NCBI RefSeq assembly: GCF_964204645.1
Contig: NC_134030.1
Coordinates: forward strand, 7,296,778-7,360,777
Direction of reading: 5' to 3'
Length of the DNA stretch: 64,000 nt
Origin: Tubulanus polymorphus
Taxonomy: Eukaryota; Animalia; Nemertea
In this document: positions 1-10,819 of the stretch, in pieces
Numbering within the stretch: the first letter of the stretch is position 1
Layout of the letters: every line of letters starts with the position of its first letter
Translations under genes and position numbers: made by a program
The notes under the pieces: generated by a model
Database searches by the model: none
What the model saw: only the letters and a program-made list of their open reading frames with translations
Told to the model about the DNA's origin: nothing

Positions 1-497
1 TCACCGGTTACGCTACGTTGAACTGGGCATATCTTATTACGTGACCTCGTATAAGGTTACATGGAGGCCTAATTATTAGCCTTTGAACGTAATTCGCCTT
101 TGAAGCTCGTTCGCTCGCGACTCGGTTGCGTTTTTTATCCGTTGAACTATCTTCGTCGCGGTAATTACGACGAAAAATAGATAGAGCCGCGTAATGCTTC
201 AGTGGTCAGTAAGAAACGCGTCATACGCATGCACACCGGCGCAACCTACTACATCAAAATAATCAATATTCCACACACATAGGTATAAAAGAGGAATCGG
301 TTATTGATAATTTGCAGCATAGTTGCATTTGTGATACTTTATCGGTCTGGCGAATGATTCACGAAAAAGATGGAGCCGTGTTTTTGATTTTCGCATAGTT
401 TTCACCGAGTACATTCGGAGCTGCCCTTTTTTCTAGTTGTCAGCCAGACTAGACTGAGCTTTCGAGCCGGCTAAAAAGTTTGTTTCCGGTGGTTAAC

Positions 498-636
498 CAG
501 GGCCGTACCTAGCATTTGAATTGGGGGGGGGGGGGGTAGGGCAGTTCTATTGAAAATAACGATAATTTGCAAAATGCACTTTTCCAAAATTTCTCGGGGA
601 GGCTACTGACCCCTGCCCCTGCTAGGTACATCCCTG
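498..636. mobile_element. Short non-autonomous DNA transposon (hAT-like CAGGG...CCCTG MITE)
   Basis: Terminal inverted repeats CAGGGCCGTACCTAGC / GCTAGGTACATCCCTG, internal G14 run; no matching TSD visible. Confidence 0.65.
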
Positions 637-2761
637 TTATAATGAGAGGTGCTCACTGGTGTGTACAAATGGAAATTTTACCAGTGGGACTGAACAATAT
701 TTTATTAGTCGAAGGGATGATACCATTAAGAACCGCCACTTCCGATGCATATTGATACGTTCATGAATATCGCGAGCATGCGTGAATACCTGTAATTCTT
801 TGGCCGGAACTTTTTTCAACAAAAGCAAATAGTAACTGGCAAAAAGTAGTATATTCTCACCAGGCGCGCAAATGTTCCATCGGGGCCAAAGTGAAATGAA
901 ATCCATAAGACGGGCTGAGAAAATAATGTCTATCGAGGTGAAAATACTAAAATCTAAATGCGCAAAAGCTAGTTAAATAGAGATAGTCTATAAATCTTTG
1001 AAATGCGTTGGCATTTTACAATTTTATGTACAGTTTAGTCGATGTTAAATGGAACATACTGGAATATTTGTACCGAGTTCGCCATATCGATCTGCCAATG
1101 AATGCAGAACAACGCACAAACGAATAGAATATCCCCCAGATTAAAAATCTTAAACTTTTCGTGGTATTTCGATCCAAAACGTTTTTGTATCTAACCGGGG
1201 ATGAAACGTGTATACAGCCCTTTCACTGGTTCTGGAATCATCAAATGATTGATTGCTAACGGGTTACTTCATTCCGCCCGAGGTTCTATGGGTCGTTTAT
1301 ATATCAAATATAAAAGCGTAGTGCATATATTGCATAAGTATTTTATGTACTTTCACCTTAAACTTTTGTTCGTTTTTAAAATGCATCACATGAATTTCGT
1401 AAACAAATTCCGTTTTAGAATCAATTAAACGCGACGGCCTTTCCGCGGCGACATTTTATGCGTTATATGATACGATTTTCCTTCTTTTCAAAGTACTGAA
1501 AGAAATAAACTTGGTTGATGAGGAAAGCAAGGTTCCTGCACACGTATGAGCAACGCACGATCTCCTCCAATAAAAACCCCATTATCGGCAAATTATTGGC
1601 AGGTGTGTCCGAACACGAAATAAATCGGTATAATCGACGTGATTACAATAGCGCCCCTATAGATGGTGGTAATCGACCCATTATTCGCCGATAACGACCC
1701 CTGATAATTCTATTTCGAGTGGGCATTATAGTGCCGTAAAGAAACGCGAAAATAACCCCACCGGTAACTTCTTCACGTTAGAGTTCAGTGGTGAATTCGT
1801 TACGCCGTTCTGAATACTGATGGCAATCCAGCGAAGCGATCATAGTTCGTATAAGCGAAATTTATAAAAACGCATTTTAATGTACACATTTATATTTGGA
1901 TAATGGCAGAATCAAATAAATATAAATAGTAACTTAATCTTTGAATTGTCTTACAAGATTACCTATAAGAAAGTTCCTACATTTTCTTCAATGCTATATA
2001 CTACTGTCTGAAGCAACCGGTTGAATTTCTGAACGCTTGGATTACGAGTTATACTGAACGGGATGGTAATTCGATCTAATACCATCAAAACAATGGCAAT
2101 TTAAAAAGATATCGGAATTTTTCACCTAGATTGGATCGCATAGAACCGGTGTAGCTACACGTACCGGGTAAAAATCATTCAATTGCAATGATTACTATAC
2201 GGAATAAAACTGATTTGCAATTCATCTTGTTATATTTCTGAATGATTTTTCGTTTCACTGTGAAAACGGGCGATCGACCATAAACAACCGGGCTATACGT
2301 CATTAACTCCCTGATTTACGGCAGTCATAACCGTTGTTATAGTTACATAAACAAAATCGTATCAATCCCGTAAAAATGACAAGTCGACCGATCAAATCGC
2401 TGTCACCCCAACCGAATCCCAGACGATATAGTAAATCACGCAATTGTTCGGATTAAGATTTTCAGATACGCTGCCGTCGGGTGCGGGCTGCATTCGTTAC
2501 ATCGCTGATGATGTTTTATGTATAGGTTAAATTATGAGCGTGCGTAAATCGCGTCGCCCAGCTGAATTTATCGTTTAGAAATTGAGGCGTTCTGTAGAAT
2601 ATCATCGTTCCGTAATCATTTTTATTGAACGATGAGACAACGTTGATTTTAATCGTCGCGGAAATCATGGATCCGATATCAATCGACCCGCTGAGCACCG
2701 AACTATGGGTTTTCTCTCGCGGCCAGTGAGACAGGCCAAATTTGCCATCACCGTGCACCAT

Positions 2762-2888
2762 TTGCATAGTCATGACTTAAACTTAAGACAAGTCTAAGAC
2801 CAACTAAGTTCTATAACCAATCTTAAGATAACCAGTCTTGAGATTAAAGACCACTATTAGACTAAGTCATGACTGTGCAACTGGCCCC
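2762..2888. mobile_element. PIF/Harbinger-like (Tourist-type) MITE
   Basis: Inverted repeats TTGCATAGTCATGACTTA (2762-2779) / TAAGTCATGACTGTGCAA (2863-2880), right end CTGGCCCC; related copies at ~33320-33382 and ~36522-36641. Confidence 0.7.
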
Positions 2889-3149
2889 AGGGTTTGAACT
2901 CTTATTAGACCCATGATATGAAGAACACTCATTGTCTGTCAATCGGTCTTTAATTATGCCTATTCTAATTCGATTTGCTTGTCATAAAAGTCTTTAATTT
3001 CGACGATAAATTTCATAATTGTTATCAAACCAGAATATGAATGCGATCATCGCGAATTAACAATGACGAACTAGCGTCATTCCCGACCGGATCACCGAGT
3101 TCAACAGAGCCGTACGAGCAATTATTGCTGAACGGAGTCACTTCTTTCA

Positions 3150-3430
3150 ATGGCGTTCCAGGATTATAAAGACCCAGTTTACTTGTCAAAATGTCATTCA
3201 GAATATGAGAAACCAGTTTGTTGTTACGATTACAAAACTTGCGTCTTCGCAAAGCCAGTGAATAAATCCGGTATTGGCGGTAATCTGACCCGACCTGACT
3301 CAAGACATATTTCGATTAAATCCGGCCCGGTCAGTTTACGTCAAAGCCGATTATATAATTGCAAAAAGTATTACAACAATAACTCCTCTTCGTCTGTCCA
3401 GGCAAAACTATATTATTCCCTCGACGTTAA
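3150..3430 (+). CDS. Candidate coding first exon (MAFQDYKDPVYLSKCHSEYEKPVCCYDY...), product unknown
   Basis: ATG-initiated 95-codon ORF with non-repetitive, protein-like sequence; only weak donors (CAG|GCAAAA ~3402, AA|GTATTG at 3430); no recognisable domain. Confidence 0.22.
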
Positions 3431-3989
3431 GTATTGATGCGTAGGGCATTCATTTTTAAAACGGAGAAAGTTTTTTGTTTATACGGTATCTATGCACAGA
3501 CACCGTGGAATTCAAGTTTTCTGCCGAGACTATGATACCAGTTTCATTACGAAAACGGCCTTTACAATAAGTTTGAAAGTTGCAGGGATCGTAAATCGCA
3601 TTAAACCTGCTTAGATTCAATTATTCATTATTTACGGAAAGTTACTGAACGCTATATATGATTTTTCAAGATATCACGTTCGCTTCTGCGGGCATCGACT
3701 CGGAATCTCAGGTGAGAAAAAGATGCGTGATTTGCGGCATTCAAGGAACGTTCTATACACGAAATGACGCTCGTTATTGAGACAAAACAATCGGAAGCGT
3801 TCAATCACCCTTAATCACTGACAATGACGAGCGCGCTGATCGGAACGAGCTGTAAACCGAGTCATTCTGCGACGGATTATTATACACACCGAAAAGAATG
3901 ACACCGAATGAATGCAGTAACATCATCCAGAGTCCGAGTCCAGTTCTGGCTTTTAGTCACTACCATAGTTTTGAACTCATTATTTAGGG

Positions 3990-4106
3990 AGTGACTATAT
4001 CGTATCACTCACAACCACTTTTTGGGGTGTGACTATATCGTATCTCTCACAACCACCTTTTGTAGGCTAGTGGGGGCTTAGGTCTAATTGTGAGTGATAC
4101 GATATG
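3990..4106. repeat. Small element with direct and inverted copies of GACTATATCGTATCACTCACAACCAC
   Basis: Two direct copies (~3991, ~4029) and one inverted partial copy TTGTGAGTGATACGATAT (~4088). Confidence 0.6.
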
Positions 4107-4594
4107 GTGAAACGCCATCATAACGTACATCAAACGATTATCATTATCCTCCGCGGTGCATGTGTCCTTGCACAACCACTCTTCATAATACGAGAAACAT
4201 TTTTCCAGCTAAGATATGAATTGACGGCAAGATGATTGAGCGAGATGAAAAGATGTTCAGCGCTGTGCCCAAAAAGAATTTCGCCATTTGCTCAGTTGTT
4301 AGAAAATAGAGATCTTATACCTTTTTCGCATCGATACATGCGAATTTTCCATCAATAGATGTTTTGAGAGAAGATCTGAGAAATCTGATGTCTGATAACT
4401 CAACTGCGATGGAATTAGAATCAAGTCTCTTTTTATTACGAGTTCTGAGAAATTCGTGACTAATATGTCTTGAAAAAATGAAAACCAGAGGGTGACAGAA
4501 TTAATATTGATTTAATATTGTATGCGTGGATACCGATCCATTAGGACTAAAAGTCCGGCGCATACGATATGCAGGGAAAGACGGAAACAGAATC

Positions 4595-4850
4595 ACGGAT
4601 CGATTTAGGCCGGGCCAAATTGGTACGGATCAGGTTTGAGCGAGTCAAATTTGGCCCGTGCCTAATTAGAGAGCGCTTTCACATGTAAACCATTCACTCG
4701 CTACAAAACAATGCTCAAACAAAGCGAGTCACTTCCGGAACCAGTTGTCAATCACACGCAAAAATTTGACCCGTGCTAAAATTTTGCCAATTTGGCACCC
4801 GCGTGAAAAGTTCTTCCGGGCCAAATTTGGCCCTGGCCAAAAGTGCTCAT
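4595..4850 (+). repeat. Dispersed repeat with GGGCCAAATTTGG motifs (likely DNA-transposon derived)
   Basis: GCCCGTGCCTAATTAGAGAGCGC...ACAAAGCGAG...GAACCAGTT...AATTTGAC aligns by eye with the reverse complement of ~60140-60331; similar motifs at ~63815-63900. Confidence 0.7.
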
Positions 4851-5597
4851 GATCGCGGCTCATGTCTCCCTGTTTCCATGCGTCGTGTGCTGGTTTAGTA
4901 ACGCAATGCAGATAGTCTGTAGAATTTCTCCACTCCGAATTGACCGTATCACTTGAACTTCTCTGATTTATTCCACCGTCATTATACGAGGCAATACGAG
5001 GTGATGTTGGCATTGTCACTCGGGCGGAATGTCCGTAAATTTGCCGATGATTCGGTACACGAGATGAGACGAACGTGATATGTTTTGAATAAAACGTTTG
5101 ACGTTGCACGCGAAATAACGACATAAATACGAATGAATGTAAATCAATTTGTCGCATCTTTTCGCGATTTTTCGCCACAATGAATTCGTGGCCACCGCGC
5201 ATTGCGGTTATTCACGAAAATCCAGGTGACTCAATGCAATCGGTTATTTACTTCAACACGCGACGACTCGACTAGTAAAATGACTCCACCGCGCGCGCAC
5301 CCCCGGTGGGTAAATTTACATGCTCGTCGCGGTGTCTCTTGAGGTCATCCATCATTCAAATGCTCTTAAAGACTCCTTAGTGAATACAACCGATGCTACT
5401 AAAAATGCGCATGATACAAAATAACTCTGATGAAAAAAAAGAATCAACCGATTCCTCGTAGACGCAGTGTGAAGATAGTAAAAAAGCAATGTTAGTGTTG
5501 AAGAAGCATGGACGAAACAGTTTCTAATAAAAAAATGCTTCCTCTTGGCAATATAACATGGGAGAAATATACGTTGAAAAATATGCTCTTGGCATGT

Positions 5598-6416
5598 ATG
5601 AAATGAAATACACAAACATTGAAAACTCATACAGTAATCGGATACCTAAACCCACAAACCAATTATCTATCACATAGTCTTCCTGGCACAAGTGTTGAAT
5701 CCGGTTAAGTAGTTCCAGTCTTCCAGGAATCCAGTCACCCAGTCACCCAGTCGACCAGTCACCCAGTCTCCCAGTCAGTCATTCATTCGACCAGTCACCC
5801 AGTCTCCCAGTCAGTCATTCAGTCGACCAGTCACCCAGTCGACCAGTCATCCACTCATACAGTCATAAAGTCATCCAGTCACCCAGTCATCCATTCACCC
5901 AGTCTCCCAGCCATCCAGTCGACCAGTCATCCAGTCAAAAAGTCATTTAGTCATCCAGTCATCCACTCGCGCAGTTAACCAGTCATCTTGTCGCCAAGTC
6001 AACCAGTCATCCATCAGTCGCTCAGTCATCCGGTCACCCAGAATACCACATTACCTGTGTTAAGTCAATGGGTCTTCGAATCACATAAAAACGAAGAACC
6101 GGATCACTACCAACTTTTGGATTATGTTCCTAAAAATTACAACCTTGTACTACTATCCTGTATTCTATGGGCCGTCTTCCTTTTCGCCGCTTAGACAGTT
6201 GATAAAACAAGAGTGCCTGGTCCGTGAATGCTCGTCCTTTGAGAGAGGCGTCGTGGTTCCCAATTACGGAACTCTGAACATAGCATATATATATATATAT
6301 ACGAAATGAAATACGCAAAGATTGAAAACTCATGCAGTATAATCTGACTGATATCTAAACCCACAAACCAATTATCTATCACATAGTCTTCTCTTTCGCC
6401 GCTTAGACAGTTGATA
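5598..6416 (+). repeat. Local duplication; first copy interrupted by ~490 bp
   Basis: 5598-5683 plus 6174-6204 matches the contiguous 6301-6416 (GAAATGAAATAC...CCCACAAACCAATTATCTATCACATAGTCTTC...TTTCGCCGCTTAGACAGTTGATA). Confidence 0.85.
5713..6041. repeat. Degenerate 8-bp tandem repeat (CCAGTCAY/CCAGTCGA)n
   Basis: Directly visible tandem CCAGTCAC/CCAGTCAT/CCAGTCGA units; accounts for the start of ORF 5988-6194. Confidence 0.9.
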
Positions 6417-6694
6417 TTTGATAACGTAGATATTCGCGATCATCCGCAAAGACGAGACTAGCTGCCAGCTAAATATTCAAATTTCACGCCAAACTTAATG
6501 ATGTTGCGCATTAACCACGAAATAACACCGTCGTTCTAATTAAAGGAAGTTCTTTATCGTATGTGACAAGGGATATTTTAGCATATTCTGTAATGCGATT
6601 ACACCAGCGACTGATTTCTGTTACGTGAGATTAATTAAAACAGAGTTTTAGAGTTTCTGCATATATGATATATGTATCTGAAGAAGTCGAGTAA

Positions 6695-6750
6695 TGAACC
6701 GGTTCGGGGCGGCATGGTTTTCACGCCGCCATGGGTTCGAGCCCCGCACA
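6695..6750 (+). mobile_element. Decayed tRNA-derived sequence (SINE-like head, tRNA-Glu-like)
   Basis: GGTTTTCAC anticodon-loop-like motif followed by B-box GGTTCGAGCCC (6734-6744); no complete cloverleaf. Confidence 0.3.
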
Positions 6751-8189
6751 GAAACAGTCGAGCTAGACAATTCGTATCCATCTGCCCCTGACCCGACAGA
6801 TGACACAGAAGCCAAGTAGCAGCTTGGCTGTCACTTCTCCCCGAAGAGACATGATTGATGCACATGTAAGCTATATCTGGGTCATTATGTATAAGTAAGC
6901 GTCGATGATCACATTATTGCGGATGGTACTTAAATAATCATGCATAATCATCATCATCAAGAATGGCAAGTTTTAACAGACCGCGTGTCCTCAAGAATGA
7001 CGACAGGTCGAGTCAGACTAAACAAACCGGGGTACGGGATCAGCTTGCTTACCTTATACGGCCATCTGCGAATGTTAAGACACGCACACACAGAGATAAC
7101 GTTCGTTGATTTAATGGAAAAATCAAAACAATCAATCACCGAGCGAGCGAGTGAGCGCGCTCTCGATTATATCACATCTACGTAGATGTACATCTGTCAC
7201 CGATAAACTGACGCGTTCAGAATAAAACATCGGTGCGCTGAGATTCGATTCATTCATATCCATTGTCTCACGAAAATGATTAAGTCTTTTTCGATGATTA
7301 CCGCAACACCGACCGATCCGACGAGAAAACGTCGCGAAATCTAATGAGAAAATTCGCGGAGCGAGATTTCCAGAGACAACTGATTTGTGAACAACAAGCT
7401 GTATACTGCGATTGTGTATACGATCGTGAATTATAAGTATTTTCCTACCGCACTGGGCGACGATCTGGTATCATCATCAAATTATGTTCCGGCGAGGTCT
7501 CGCCGTTTGACTATCACGAGCTTCGTAATAAAACCGCAGCTTGATCAGTCAGGGTCAAAAAGGTCATCGCTAACATGACTGTTAGCGATAACTTACGAAC
7601 GACGGGCTGAACCATGCCTCCGATGGAAAAATGCTACCCATTCCACTAATTCTCATTTATATTGAATTCGACATTTGTCACCAATTTTTCATACGTTTCA
7701 TATTGGTAATTTTTGGGATGGCTTGATCATTTCAAAAGCGAATAGATGAATGAACATATGCTTTAATCATTAAACTATTTTACACAACCCGTTATTACTA
7801 GTTTATTTTCCATCATGCAGCCACCACGTTTTCGAAGCGTTTCTCACAGCGGGTAAAAACCGTATCTTATATGAAATTGATTGTTCGTTAAAAAGCAGTT
7901 TTCTTGCGGTGCCACAATCTACGAAACATGGAATAATCAGGTACACACTTCGAGAGAAAAGGCTATGAAATGAAGCTCGGGTATGATATAAGAAAAATGT
8001 TAGTGGTAAGGGAGGTGGTATGATTTTGAGTTTACGAGCCTCGCAAAGCGTATTTTTGGGCTCCACGGTGGGCTGTCGGGTCCTTAACTGTCTTTTTTCC
8101 GTCTTCAGTTCAAAGTTCACATTTGAAAAGTTCTAAATTTCGCGTCATCAAAACATGCAAAGAAAACCACGACGTTTCGCAAACCCGTA

Positions 8190-8265
8190 TCGGTCACCAT
8201 CGGGTAGGGTTAAAATGACGGAAGACGGCTCTCGTCACCGTTGAGATCGGGATTTAAAGGGTTAA
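8190..8265 (-). mobile_element. piggyBac-like terminus
   Basis: Ends AAAGGG|TTAA (reverse complement TTAA CCCTTT), the piggyBac end/TSD signature; partner end not identified. Confidence 0.3.
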
Positions 8266-8626
8266 TACATTAACGATGAGACGAGCTGTGATTTATCAAC
8301 GGTTATTCGAATCACGATCTCATCACTAGTAAACACACAGTCTCTTAAACACGAAGAATTAGTCAATCGTCGTCGGTACAGATACACATTACTAATTAAA
8401 AACCCCACAGCGTAAACGACGCATTTTTTGCATCGCGTGTGAAACCATAAAAGACAAGAGGAGGATCAGATGACGGATTTTTGTCGCTATCGCCGCTTTA
8501 TGCGTCGATGTAGCGTTATCGCATATTTTCTTTTCAATGTTTCCTTTGCGTAAACGCCGCCATAATTAAGTTTGATTTCTGTGTTGAATCATCATTCAAT
8601 TTCTCACACTGACTCGGCATCAAGCG

Positions 8627-9150
8627 GTGTAGTTACAGATCTACATTAAGCGGCTACATTTGATGATTTTAGAATGCAGCATCGGCCATCAAAAATAGCT
8701 GCAATAGTTGCAGATCCATACGAGACGCCACCAGCAGCGTTGCAGTTCCAGACACTTAGAGAAATTGCAGATCCAGGCGATACAACTTCGATAGTTGCTG
8801 ATCCATTCTATACCAGTTGCAGATCCATGCCAGACATTACTTCAGAAGCTGTAGATTCACACCAGACAACTGCAATAGTTGCAGATCCATTCCAGGCAAC
8901 TGCATTAGTGGCAGATCCATAATGCTAAGCAACTGCAATAGTTTCAGATCCATTCTATACCAGCTGCAGATCCATGCCAGACTGCAGAAGCTGTAGATTA
9001 ACGCCAGACAACTGCGTTGCAGATCCATTCTAGACATCTGCAATAGTTGCAGATCCATTCCAGGCAACTGCATTAGTTGCAGATCCATAATGCTAAGCAA
9101 CTGCAATAGTTGCAGATCCATTCTAGACAACTGCAATAACTGCAGATACA
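8627..9150. repeat. ~30-bp minisatellite (CAACTGCAATAGTTGCAGATCCATTCYAGA) with ~168-bp higher-order duplication
   Basis: GCAGATCC core recurs about every 30 bp; 8881-8942 is repeated at 9049-9110; explains ORFs 8674-8922 and 8837-9265. Confidence 0.92.
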
Positions 9151-10466
9151 ATGTCATGCGTGTAATTACATTAGCTAAAAAAAACTTTTTACCAAATGTG
9201 CGCAGCTGATGCGTGGCTACCACGATTGAAGATCTAAGACTGATGCAAGGGAGTGGATCTATCAAATTTTACAACATCCATAAACTTGAATCTAATGTAC
9301 ATTGTTCACGTCTTTAACTACTTTCCACATTTCCTCGTTGATTATGAGTCATTCGAGATGATCAAAACGATCGCTATGTACACCTAAATGCTGCGGGGTA
9401 ATGGTTTTCATACAAAATACGATGAAATGGCTGTCACTTTTTACAAGCAATTGAATAATTAACAAATTCTGCGCGGAACCATCAACGAAAAGATTAAACG
9501 GCGAACGTATTGAGTAAAAATTGACTTCACAGAGATTAAACTCGGCTTACGTCTTAATTTTCATTAAATGAATCATTAATCAAATTCGTGATGGGAGCGA
9601 ATCAATTCGAATTGTCATCTTTCTTCGTCTTGTTCACCGGCTAATCTCGTGCTGTTAGGTGACTTTGAAAAAAAAAAACCGGCGTGAAAAACTTCCTGAT
9701 TCTATAACAAACGCCGCGGTATAGAGAGGCGACGGGCGGGACAAATATTGAAACACGTCAAAGCGTTTATAAGCAGATTCGCCGATCTCAACTTGACAGC
9801 GCCTCGCTTTGATGCGTTCAATTTTACCCGCGCGTAAAAAATAACAAATTTTAATCCGCTTGTAAAGCGGCGCCTCGACCGTGAAAAGAAACACGGCACG
9901 AACAAATATGTCATTTACGCGGCTCTGCATTCCGTAATAATATTTCGTAATAATAGTTTGGTCGCATAGGCGTAACGCGCGGGAGGATGACACAATCGCG
10001 CGCGCTAAGATTTATTAACTAAAAAAGGTGTGTGTTGACGACGGTGGCATTCGGTGCCCGTGGATGTAATTACCAGCGATCTAAAGGGATCCGATTAAAA
10101 TTGAAATTCACAACGTTGCTCGTCTCGATATTAAAATGTTCTGTGAACATCAAAGTGCTCAATTTGTAGATCGATTCGGTCGACATTAAAAAATCGTTAA
10201 TAAAATGAGCTTATTGAAATATCGAAATGTTCGATGACATTTCGTCGCGGTATAATCAAAGATAGCTGAACCGTCGTGAGGTGACCAGGGATGTTCGAAG
10301 TCGATATCTGACTTCACTTTCTGCGCGTTGAACGCTTATGAAATGAAGAAAACTTCGAAGATAAAAAGTAGACGATAAGATGTAGACGATAGCCCATTGA
10401 TAGGTCAGAAAAATACCGTGGTTTTGTGATGCAGATCCTTGGGGGGGGGGGATATCACCGGCTTCC

Positions 10467-10819
10467 TGTGAGGTACGTCCAGGAAGAAACACACTAGATA
10501 ATAGGATGGTTATATCAAGTTGGGTGTTGAATGGGAAGTGTAGTTTTATCTGTGTGCATTTCTGTCCAGCACACAGATCACAACGATATTAGAGTAGTTA
10601 ATACGTCCAGGGAGAGGCAATATGAACTCTTTTATCAGATCGGAGAATCAGTTTGCCTCCATTTACTCTATTATTGGTCACGTGACCTTTTGGAGAGAGT
10701 CCGAAACCTCCTTTCTGTCGAGGTGGGTGATTCGGATTTTGCGTGCAGCCAACCGGAGATTTCGGATGGAGACTTCGGAGGTCATAAAAAAGTACGTCCC
10801 TATAGGGGTATCGTCCACA
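10467..10819 (-). mobile_element. Possible solo LTR
   Basis: TGTG...CACA termini; on the minus strand CACGTG, CCAAT and ATAAAA motifs occur in promoter-like order; flanks show no TSD. Confidence 0.3.

Noticed and set aside
4729-5202. Longest ORF in the track (157 aa, minus strand)
   Set aside because: It runs into a dispersed repeat, has no recognisable domain, and is within chance length for 64 kb.
8627-9150. CRISPR-like regularly spaced repeats
   Set aside because: Intervening sequences are only a few bases and related to each other; no cas genes; eukaryotic context. It is a minisatellite.
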